Shown here one piece after another: positions 34,444 to 45,700 of a stretch of 64,000 nucleotides of DNA. The stretch is from Raillietiella orientalis (lineage: Eukaryota), in NCBI GenBank assembly GCA_036172245.1, contig JAYWIR010000043.1, forward strand, positions 992,001 through 1,056,000, given 5' to 3'. A model generated the notes under the pieces. It was given only the letters and a program-made list of their open reading frames with translations, had not been told where the DNA came from and searched no databases. A program made the translations under genes and the position numbers. Each line of letters starts with the position of its first letter. Position 1 is the first letter of the stretch.

Positions 34444-37285
34444 ATGAGTGAGCCGAGGAAGCCTGAAATCCTGGGCTCCCCGGTCCGCGGAGACTACGAT
34501 AACAAAATCCACCACGCCATTCTGAACGGGAGGTTCAAGGATGTGAAATTCTTGCTAGAGTCAGGTGAGTTTTGCCTCACATTTCAGTGCGAGGGGGGTC
34601 CCCCCCCCTCCACCTCAAAAAAGAGTGTCCCTCTCCGTGCACCCTTTCCCATTTCAACGCTCTTGTAAGAGTTGCACCACACGGGTGCCATTTTGTTTTT
34701 CTCTTTCTTCCTTTCCAAAATTTGCGATCGACTTCAATAACCGATATGGTTTATTTTTCCCATTGCTTGCGAACTGTCCAAGTAGGAAATCCCTTCGAAT
34801 GAACACGGCGACCAAAGGAAATATCTTTGGAAGCTGTACTTGTGGTCTTGAGTATGAAATCGAATCGATACGATCCGCGTTGAGTAAGGTAGGTGACCAC
34901 CACTCGTTTCCACTAAATGACTCCGTGCCAATAATCTGCGGAAAAGTTTTACAATCGGTAAAGCAACATTGGTATGCAATGAATCTATACCAAACAGGTC
35001 AGACACATGTGATACCCAGTTTAGCTTTGAAAGCATGTAACGAGGAATTCATCGATACTCATCAACTTTCTCAGCCATTTTTCAATTGCTCATCTCTTTA
35101 GCGTGGAGATGGAAACCATGAGCAGACTCCCTGGTTTTTGGTCTGTTCACACCCTGATTTGCCTCTATGTAGATGATCATGCCGTCCACTGGTTGTGTGG
35201 GGAACACTCAAGATGCATTGGGTGTGTCCTTTCAAAAACAAGGGAGGAGCTCATCATCTGAACTGACCCTTTTTCTATGAACCCTTTGAAAAAATTTCGT
35301 TAATTGCACGAACAGTCTGGGTTTGCTGTTTAGGATGTGATGTTAACACGTTCAACAACGTGGGCCAGACGCCTTTGTTCTGTGCTTGCTACACAGGGCA
35401 GTATGCTGTGGTGAAAATTCTTCTCAAGAAAGGTGCTGATGCAAATTTCCGCTGTGCAGGCGGCTACACCCCTGTGCACGGCTGCTGCTACTACGGCAGT
35501 ACCAAGATGCTGTCATCGCTTCTGGAAGCTGGTGGATCATTAATCTTGCACGACGATCAAAACAGATCGCCTAGGTAGAACAAGTTTTGCAAAAAGAAAA
35601 AAAAAATTGCCTTTTTTTTTTCCTTCCCCCGTCTCCATTATCTCCTGGATTTACAATTTTTCCTTCAGAGATTGGGCCGTGTATCAACCGGATCCTCTTC
35701 GCCGCAAAAAAATTTTGAAATTCATAGAGTCCGTTCGATTTTATGCCATGCAGCAGTCCTTTATCATTCCCCCGTCAGCATCCGTGAAAAGGTAAGACAA
35801 TTTCTCATAAAAAGAGGAGAATGCATTTGTTGCGCCAAGTTCCAAATCAGCCTGACCGTGGAAAATATCCCCCTTAAAAATTATCTGACTCAGAAATATG
35901 TAAACTGAATTTTGTATCAGAAGCTTCACTGGTTTATCGTTTATAACGAAAAAAAAAAAAAAAAAAATAGATATTTTCCTCTATGCCTCGAGCATACCTG
36001 CGAAAAGCATATTGAAAAGATATTTACTGCCTCTTTTTAGACGAAGGTTTTCTTAAACCATAATTCTTCTGGAAGCAATAATTTCAAACTCTTGAAAGGT
36101 TATACAGATGCATTTGCAATGACTAGAAAGTGACGTACTGATTTCGGCGATAAATTAACTTTTCATTTCAACGATTCATGACTTTCAGAATTACAGCTGG
36201 GAAACGTTTTCATGACATTTCAAAAGCAGTTTCTGAGGATCTGCAAAATCAGCCTCATGACGATATGTTTCTTCATCATACAGGTTATGGAAAAGTGTGT
36301 ATAGAAAATGTATGTGCAGCCAACCTCCATAATTCCAATTTCAGTTGCTTATCTCGCGCGGCGTAAAAAGCTACATAAGTACCGTCCCTTGTATAAAGGA
36401 AGAGGAACTCAAACTAGAGGCCAAAGATGCGTATCGGTGTGGAGAATTCACCGAAATGGTTCCTGGCTTTTGGGGTCCATTGCAAGTCACTGTCAGAAGG
36501 ATGAAAAATAACATACAGACATGCGATTTGCTAATGCAAGAAGCAGAAGTCCACTGTCGATTGCGCCATTCCCAACTTCTTTTACTACTCGCCATCTGCC
36601 CATTGCGCAACATGGAGGGACTGCAGTTAATTTTCGAGTCTGTTCAGCAAGGCACTCTGTATCAAATGTTGCATGAGCAGGTTTGAGTCAGCAGTTGGAG
36701 CGATGAAAATATTCCCTTGTGGATCCTGTTTAGAGAGTTGTTCCTAACTTGGGGTTAATGATTGACTTATTACTCCAGATGTGTGATGCTTTCGTCTTTC
36801 TTCACTTTCGTCATATAATTCACCGCGCTTTCAGCTCGAATGCAATACATATCACTATGCCAGGTGTAGCAAAATTGGGAAATTTAGAATATGCAGTAGA
36901 AATGAAACAGCAGGTAGGTTCTGCAACAAAACAGCCTTTAATCTGTTTGAAGGAGTTGCAGCTTTCTCAGCAGTTATGTGCAGGGCATTTGTACAATTGG
37001 CTTGCTCCAGAGACTTTACTTTTACCTCACCAGACAGGATACGTGAGTGATGTGTATTCTCTTTGCTGTGTCATCTGGGAATGCTGCACATGTTCGATTC
37101 CCTGGGCTGGGTATACATTATCGGAAGTCATACAGCATATAGGAGCATACCATCAAGGACTGCCTCTTTCCAAAATGCTCATTCCTCTTCGCATATATTA
37201 CCTTTTAGAGATTGGCTTACAGTTAGACCCCAGAGACAGGGATCTTGAATTAGCAGAAGTTCACTCTATGCTCATGATGGCGAAG
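34444..37285 (+). CDS. TEX14-like: TEX14-like ankyrin-repeat pseudokinase (exons 34444-34564, 35334-35574, 35669-35791, 36189-36294, 36345-36680, 36734-37285 with a possible in-frame intron 36914-36970; further exons follow)
   Basis: Ankyrin repeats (GQTPLFCAC...GADAN...GYTPVHGCC...LLEAGGSLILHD...PRDWA), then a kinase fold with VTVRR, LRHSQLLLLLAIC, HRAFSSNAIHI, KLGNLEY, YNWLAPE, SDVYSLC and IPWAG. Confidence 0.85.
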
Positions 37286-37397
37286 GTATGTACCATGGGA
37301 TACCAAATGAAATTCTCTCCAAGTAGATTGAAGAGAGGAACAGCAAGAGACACAGCACAGAAAGTGGCTCTGTTTTAAAAAATTCATCGAATTCAGT

Positions 37398-39300
37398 CAA
37401 ACAGGACGCATCTTCGTTTGCAAACAGAACGAAATTGAAAAGTACCACATCGACGGATGCTGCTCAAACATTATTTGAAACGTCAGCTTCTCCACGTTCG
37501 GCGAATTCAAGTTCCGATGACTCTAAGGAATCAAATCTCAATTGTGCTGAAAGAATTCAAAAGAAACCTCCGAAGAGCGCGTCAACTGGAGTGGTAAGCC
37601 ATTTGACAATTTTGACAACTTGCTAATTTTTTGCCGCTTAGATTCAAAGTCAAATCAATATGGGCGAACCTTTAGAAAGGTAAGGAAGAGAGGGAATGGT
37701 TTCGTTGTAACGCTTGTGTTTACAATGACATAAACAGATCGTCTCCTCAACGCATACCTATCAAACCAGCTAGCCATTGTACTGAGCTGCAGCTTTCGAT
37801 GCCAAATAGGAAACAAGTAAGCGGGCATCAACGGTTACTCGCATGCCTTTTTCTTTGACAAGGGAACGAACCAGCTCGGAATTTGTCCACAAACGATGAT
37901 CACTCCTCCACTGGATTTTCGTGATAAGCTGAAAGGAGGCAAGAAGGTCAGTTTTAGGGGGGGAAAAAAAAAAAAAAAAACCAATCCAGGAAAATTATCT
38001 GGATCTAGCCGACGTACTCGCTATTGCCAAAAGAATTAAGAAAAGCAGCTCTGGGTTTCTCTGTGAAACGTTATCATAAATTTCCCATTCCTCAAATTTT
38101 AACAGGTCTGTGTCATAGGAGTGCTCTTTCCCCGGCTGAGGAGAGCCCTCAAAACCACGGAGGTATCAGAGAAGGGTAAGAGAACAATAAGGGTAATCTG
38201 CGTATACCAATTGAATACAACAGTTTCGATGGATGCAACAGTCTGCTGTATACTTGTAAGGAAGCTGGGATTGATGATGATCTGACACCTGCACAAGGCG
38301 ATTATCCACGATCCCCACCAGATGGCTCAAAATCCGACGCTCATTCTACCGAGCCCCTGAATCCTGATTTTTATGAAACGGCAATCTGCGGTGAGCACTT
38401 GCACTTGTTTCTTTTCCGCCTAAACCGCAGAAGGTAGATTCTGCTATTCGGAGTCCGTCTGTTGCATCCCCGGGAGAAAGATGCAGTCCGTCTGTCAGCG
38501 AGGTGGAGACGATGAGGTCAGCGACTCGTTGCCTTCGAAACTTATTCGAGCATCAAACCGGCGGAGATGAACTATCGGATACGGAACTCAATAAAAGATG
38601 AATGCCTTTTCAGAACACAAGAACCTGTGGCTCTCGGTTCCATTCCAAAGATTCGCTGGTCCTCGTTCCTTTGAAATCCAGTGGCCAAAATCCATTGCTC
38701 TGATTTCACATCGCATGGAATTTTTCTCTTGTATGATATGGGGACTCGTGATCACTGCGACCCCATAATTTCTTCGGTTCAGTAAATGCAAATAAAGGGC
38801 ATTTATGCGAATTCAGTGTGACCTCGAATTACAACTTCCACGAGCCCCACAACTCATTCTCTTTAGCAAAATCGATCAGCAGCGGTTTTGTTGGAAACAC
38901 CACATAATGGAATGAATGGCACGAAGTGCTCTCTCCCACGTGCGTCGACTCTTACGAGCAAATGCAACTGCAAATGCAAATGGAGCATGGGATCCTTCAG
39001 ACAGATTGGAAAACTTTTCGTCACCAATTAGTCCAAACAGCAAAGGCACGTCTGCATAAATCTGATGAATGATTCATTCAGCATTTAATGGGGACTCTTT
39101 TCTCTTTGGATGTCTTCGTGAGTCGGGGTGCTGTTTTGTGCGAGAAATCCATTTTCTCTTTCGAAAAAGAAAGAAAGCTTAGTGCAAGGCCGTTTGATGT
39201 GAAGTGTAGTCGAAAGCTTTCTACGATCCCCGAGTCTTTTGGCTCAGATGGTTCATAGAGTTCAAGAAATGGTAAGAGCATGAGGTCCTACTGATAAGAT
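37398..39300 (+). CDS. Probable low-complexity 3' exons of the TEX14-like gene (boundaries uncertain)
   Basis: Short open GT-AG-bounded segments in compatible phases, e.g. IQSQINMGEPLER / SSPQRIPIKP... / GTNQLGICPQTMITPPLDFRDKLKGGKK. The stop codon was not located. Confidence 0.45.
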
Positions 39301-40684
39301 ACCTTGTGTTTTTATCTAGATCGTCTTTGCTTTGGAATCTTAACATAAGTATGAATCCATAATTTTCGGATCAATGGAAAATCATATTCGTTTGTCTTGA
39401 AAGGTGGATCTTAATACAATTTAATTGTCCTTTTGTTGATCCTCTCAAGATATGCATCAAAATAAAGACAAGCTCCTTTCCTTCAAACAAAAATCAATGA
39501 CCTCAACATCACAATATGCAGCAAAGTGCTGCGACTAAATGAAATGGGACACTGCATGTAAATATAGAAAAGGGGAAACTAAACACAAACAAGAGAGCAT
39601 GAAACTAGGAATGTACGAACGTGATACTCGAAACTTTCAATCTATGCTTGTACAAATAAACAAACAAATGCTTTTTTCATGCATCCAGTAGCTTTCTGTG
39701 TTTCCGATTGAAAAGCTTTGTATCGTTTACAAAGTTCATAATATATGTTGAATTATTTTCTGACCTGTCAAAAAAGGAAAACGTATGTATTTAAAAAATG
39801 AATAAAATCAAAAGAATAAACTGGAAAGATAAATCAACTCAACAATAACTCAGTCAACAGAATCATATAGCAGATTTCGAAGAATTGAATAGGTAAACAA
39901 AAAAAAAGAACTTGAGGAATTATTTCCGTTTAAAGATAGCATTGAAGTTATGATTTGAAACTATTTATCTTTGTTGAGTTATTTTTTATTCATTATAATT
40001 AGAGCAGCTGTGCCTCCGGATAGAACAGTTTATGGCTTTCAAAATTTCTTCGTAAAAATATACTATTGCTGTCGATTGCTGCTTCATTATCTCATGAAAT
40101 CATACAGTATTTATTTTTAATTATCAAGTACATTCCTTCAAAGAAGTAACCATTTCATTTCATCACAGTTTTTGAGAAAATTAGACCGTCGGCATCAATT
40201 TCATATCATATTCATTTGTTAATTTTAATGAGATATTGCACGAAAAAGGTGAAGATGTTGGCAATTCTTGGTGATATAAAAGTATTCGTAGTGTTTTGGT
40301 ACGGTGACTAAGCGTGGAAAGTCGTTGATGCCTTCTGTGAGTACATTTATTTCATAATGTTCTCTGGTACTTGGGAAATATTCTGTGATCATAAAATCAG
40401 CCTAAGTTGAATGAAATATGAAATTCAGAATGTTTATCTGTTTTCATGAACAATTTAAATTGGGTCCTCATATCTGGCATTTTATTCCCATCATTCTATA
40501 TGTTTTTCAAAGTGTTTTGTGCTATAATTTTATATCGACGTTAAGTGTCTCAAAGTGATTTTTATTTCCCTGTATAAAGGTTGAAGATTCAGGATGAAAT
40601 AAGCATTAAAAGTATCAGCAGAACTGTGTGATAAAGTTAACACAACAGATGTCCTGCTCTGTACATTAGGACCGAATTCTTAAA

Positions 40685-41935
40685 ATGCTCATACCTAAGA
40701 AAATTGAAGCAGATCATAAAGACATCATACATGATGTTGCATTTGATTTTTATGGCAAACGAATGGCTACATGTTCTAGTGATCACTGCGTTAAGGTAGA
40801 GCAACATAGCATTTGTTTCATTTCACAAGTACCACATGTGATACATATAAAGATGTTCATGCTTTTGTAGATATGGGATTTAAATGACAAAGATGAATGG
40901 AATTGTACTGCAAGCTGGAAAGCTCATAGTGGTTCAGTCTGGAAGGTAAACTGGGCCCATCCAGAGTTTGGGCAAGTAATTGCTACATGTTCCTTTGATA
41001 GAACAGCAGTTGTCTGGGAAGAAATTTGTGAGTGAGCTATTAAAAGTTTTTTATTTATATATCATGTCCAGCTGGTGGTTGGAGCAGCACAGATAAGAGT
41101 CAAACTCACTGGATTAAGAAGACTAGTCTAGTAGATTCACGAACTTCCGTGACTGATGTCAAGTTTGCACCAAAGCATTTAGGCTTGCAGTTAGCAACCA
41201 GCTCAGCAGATGGCATTATGCGTATTTATGAAGCAGCTGATTTGATGAATTTGAGTCAATGGTCTTTACTCCATGAAATCAATTGTAAATTAGCTTTGAG
41301 CTGCATATCTTGGAATTTGTCTGCTGCTCGATTCCATTCTCCTCTTTTGGCTGTATCCAGCGACGATACTGGACCAGGAGCCAAGGTGTTTCTTTTTGAG
41401 CATAGTGATCAGCTGAGACAGTGGTCAAGGATTGAGTCCTTGGCTTCAGTAACGCAGCCTGTGCATGATCTGGCATTTGCTCCAAACGCGGGACGTTCCT
41501 ATCATTTGCTAGCTGTTGCATCTCGAGATCTCTACATTTTTGTTCTGAAACCTGTGCAGAACAATGAAACTCAGTTTGTTCAAGTGCTACCCCATTTGGA
41601 AGTTCATCTCGCAGCTCATTTAGAGGAAAGCTTACCAGAAGTGTGGCGGGTTAGTTGGAATGCTACTGGTACTGTGCTTTCCTCCGCCAGTGATGATGGC
41701 TGCATTCGTCTTTGGAAAGGTAAGGAAGATTATATTTGCATCACTTATGAAAAATACAGGAAATTACTTGGACACATGGTGTTGTATTGCCGAATTGAAA
41801 GGAGGAAGTGCAACAGAGAAAAATGATCCTGCCGAGGCCTTTTCTTCGTTAACTGTATCTCCGGGTCCAATCAATACTCGTTATTACAAGCTCGGCACTA
41901 CTGTGAGCCATCCCCCACTTAATCCATGGAGCTGA
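40685..41935 (+). CDS. SEH1: Nucleoporin/GATOR2 subunit SEH1 (exons 40685-40795, 40871-41027, 41072-41719, 41760-41935; 363 aa)
   Basis: [99 protein letters not shown]. Splice phases are consistent. Confidence 0.97.
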
Positions 41936-41981
41936 TATTAGTAAAATCCATTATTCGTGATTTTTCGTGTTTATCTTAATT

Positions 41982-42668
41982 TTATCGGGCATTTTCCTTA
42001 GTTTGTTGCACTACATAGACAGATGTATAGTTTCCTGTACTGTCAGCACGTATCCGACGTACCAAATCCACTAGTGTCCACACACTATCGGGGTTGGGGC
42101 CACAAATCTCCATTGCAACCAAGTGGCTGCACAGTTCCAGGATCTTTGGTTGAATGCGTCGGTACAGAGATGCCCGTGGGATTGTAAACTCGTATCCCAA
42201 GCTAATGCAGATACGTCTTGCTCCAGCCCAGTCTTTCCACGATTCATCCAGGACTTCCGCGAATGTCAGATCAACTCCTGGGTGGCCAACAAGAACGAAA
42301 AACACGCATTTGTCATAATCAACTTCGTCCATTTTCATGCATTGGACCTCCTCGTATATGCCTAAATGACTATTTTATTCCCTCGCGCCCGATGGCTCTC
42401 TGTCGCTACCTTGGTGCATGGTGTGGTGGGGTCCGAGGTCCTGCGACCGCGGCAGCAGATTCGGGCAATCGCACGGAGCAAAGTGCACAGCGGGGTAGAA
42501 GGCTAGGCGTAAGGAGACATCATGCATGCACGTGCGACGCCGTTCCCCGAGCTCACCTCCTGTTTCCACAGAGTACAGAAGCCTTCCGTGTTGGAAATGG
42601 GGGTGGTTCTGCAGCACGTCCCGCGGACGGGGCCCCGTGATGAAGGAGACGACCGCGCGCGCACCCAT
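41982..42668 (-). CDS. Uncharacterised DUF7153-like protein (exons 42668-42557, 42502-42410, 42361-41982; 194 aa)
   Basis: Two phase-1 GT-AG introns (54 and 48 nt) give an open frame with FQHGRLLYSVE, YPAVHF, GIYEEV, LDESWKDWAGARRI and a C-terminal RIRA...G-N-Y-T-S-V-Y. The family name is from recalled motif similarity only. Confidence 0.75.
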
Positions 42669-43839
42669 CCTCCTGCACCGGCGGAACAGGACTGGCTCTC
42701 ATTCATGGTCGACCGCGCGGGCGTTTGGTGGTGAAGAGGCGTGACTGTGGGATAAATGCAATGAATCAAATAATTGCCAAAAGGGCAGATCGCACCTCCT
42801 TCCACCGGGCGAGCCACAGCACACATTTTTCCAATGTGGCCGCGTGCTCTTTCGTACGGCCAGCTATCCGTTCGCGTTATCGGGAAGCCAACACGTCCGC
42901 TTGCAAGGATTGCCGAGGACGGCTGGAAACGGCTCGCAGTGGGAAAGCTGCCCACCACGACCGCGAAAATGCGTTTTCCCCGTGTCCTTTCCTTGAGGAC
43001 AACGCCGGGCTGTTTCAACAGCTCCCCCCTCCCCCCCCAGCCTTTGCACCACCGTTTCCCGCCAGAGGTCGACTGCATAGGTCGCCTCACTCGAAAGCAA
43101 TTGGTAAAGACTCACTCGGATTCTCAAACGAGCGAGCTCGTGCGAATTCCATGGCGATCCAGAAAAAGCCGAATACGTACAGCTGAATACGTGCATAAAA
43201 GGAGGAGGAAAAAAGGGGGGGGGGGGTGGAAAAAAAATCGCTTGAATCAGAGGCGATTGCGCGATCCTGCAATTCACGCTCGCGCACTTTTGAATTCCCG
43301 TTAGACGCGCATCTGTCAAGTCATCAGTGGATTAAGACGAAATGGGAGGACGATGCATTTCACACACGAATGCACGAATCGTAGGGTGCACTTCTTCCTC
43401 CTCTCAAGAGCCGGGCCCAACATTTCAAAGCAGTTTGCGGGCCCACCGGAAGAATGGCCTGGCTCCCCTGCGAGGCTTGGAAATTTCGTCCTTGCAGCGC
43501 AGGTCGCTCGTTTCGTATCCGACGCACACATCTGACGATGCTGAGATGGACCTGTTTCCAAAACTGAATCTGGACCAACTCGTACTCGTAACCGTGGAAT
43601 GTGGCAGTTGCAAGTGGCAAAACGTATGATGGCCGAAATGCACTCTCAACAGGGGAAGGGGGGCGTCGGGGGTGCATGAAATCGTCACTGCTCAAAATGT
43701 CATTTCTGCATGCCTTACGCACGAGGAGGATCGGTTAGGAATTCGTCCAAGAGAGCACTCAATGCAACACACCTGCACTTTGCAAAAGGAATGCTCCTGA
43801 AAAGGTCAGTCGAGTAGCCAACGCAAAGCACCGCCTGGC

Positions 43840-45700
43840 CATGGAAGGAAACGGCGTTCTTCTAAAAATTCTGGAAACTCGAAAATATGATGGGACTCTT
43901 AACTTGGAAATGATGTGGGATCACGCGATCCGCACGTGCTTTCGGCACGATTTTCCAATCATCGCTTTCATCGAAAGCAAAAGTGGCCCGGGAGAGGCGA
44001 GCCAGCTACTTTCAGTAGTGGGGACCGGAAGTGGAATTCTTCGCGCGTCATGCTCTCGTCGCTTCCGTGGACTTGGGGTCAGTCAGCGCCGAGGTAGCCG
44101 TCGAGTGGTTCACGAGTGACGTTTGTCCACGAGAGACAGGTAAATTCCTGCTTAACGGAGATCGTGCTCCTTTTCCATTAAGAGGAAGACGAAATCTCCC
44201 GAACCTCCTGTGATGGAGAATGGCAATAGAACTGATACGCCCTTCTTTCCACATCTAATCCATGGTGCTCCGCACATCTCTCACGGAGAAGTCCAAAGGC
44301 ACCCTTGCATCTCTGGTTATGATCTGTCGAAGGGATGAAACGAAGATGCTTCACGATTATCCGAAGCTGAAGCTGTTGACATTCGTTCAACTAGTTGATA
44401 GCTGCAGCAGCCATAAGAAGATGCGACTCTCCAGAAGCATCGAACGCCCATGATATTCCGCAGCTCATTTTGGAATGCAAAAAGGCATCCGCATATTTGA
44501 TGTCGTCTGCGTCTGGAGATCTCGGTGAGCTGGAAAATTCCGGCGGTTCCTCTTCTCTTCACAGACTCCTTCTCGAGTGCCATTGAGCAGATGATGGGAA
44601 GGCTTGGAAGGCTCCCTGAAATGATAGTCAAACAGTAAATCAATATGGACCCAGAGGTGGACCAATGGTTTCCAGAATGCAGTGGAGCAAGAAAGACGGC
44701 ATGTCATCAATCATCATCCTAACGGATAGGCGGTTGTAATTTTCATGCCGAGTACCAACGCGTACGGTACCAGCGGAACGAACGATCCGAATCCAATGGA
44801 CACGAAGTTCAGGCGCGCTGTCACACCGTACAATTGCTTTCTTCGGGAGCCCTATGGCACGTGTTCGAACGAACGGACGGATTTCAACGTTTCGTTTCGA
44901 CACTTGCAGTGCCTCCGCGCTCGTTCGATTATGGATTTGTGGTCTTCCCTCAAAGGATTGCACGCTGCGAGCCGAAAGGCAATCGCGGATGGAGTGGTCG
45001 TCGGTATTCGCGAGGAGCTTTTGCGTCTCGCGAAGCTTCGCTCGAACTTTACGCAAATGAAGTTCATTTCAATACGACGAAGCTCTTTGTTTTCTTTCGT
45101 CCAGCAGCACTGCAAGGGAAAGGCTCGCATTTTCGTTCGGCCCAGCAGCTCTATCATCTCCGAAAGCCTGGGGCTACGTGTGATCTCACCTCCGTTAATT
45201 CCTCTTTCTTTTTGACCGAGATGGAAGCGCTTCGTCCAATGGCTCATCTGACTGCATTTTATCATATCATTTCCGAGGAAAGCGATTCCGAGGAAATGCC
45301 TCGCTGCGAGAGGGGAAGAAACAAAAAAAAAAAGAGAGTCTTTTTTGTGAAAACGTTTGCCTATGCTGTCGCCGATTTAAATCCGTTTCAAAACAAGCAG
45401 GCAAAGGAAGGGAACACCATGCAAGAATTCTACATGCGCCACGAGTTTAAGGTTGTCTTGCGTGCTGACGAAAATGTACAGGTACGGTAATGTACGAAAG
45501 GAAAATGTACGAGAGCAGAAGTTTGGATTCTTTTGGATGGCCTGTTCAATTACTACCATGGTGTTTCCGTATTTGGCGTTCAAATATATCGGAGAGAATG
45601 AGAGGTGATCTGGCGACCCTGGAGCTGCAGAATTCGCATCCACTATGTCCGCAAAGTCGAATGCGTACGCCTGCAAACCCCTTAAGAGTGACGTGACCGA
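43840..45700 (+). mobile_element. Decayed hAT-superfamily DNA transposase
   Basis: Ordered degenerate segments: IIAFIESKSGPGEASQLLSVV, MLHDYPKL, QLILECKKASAYL, FLREPYGTC, and a dimerisation-domain-like FFW...VFPYLA...GAAEFAS. Many stops; no terminal inverted repeats identified. Confidence 0.4.

Noticed and set aside
35170..35265. Possible C/D snoRNA in TEX14-like intron 1
   Set aside because: Box C is imperfect (ATGATCA) and there is no terminal stem.
36041..36100. Extra TEX14-like exon after TTTTTAG
   Set aside because: It hits a stop in the required phase; splicing 35791 to 36189 keeps the frame.
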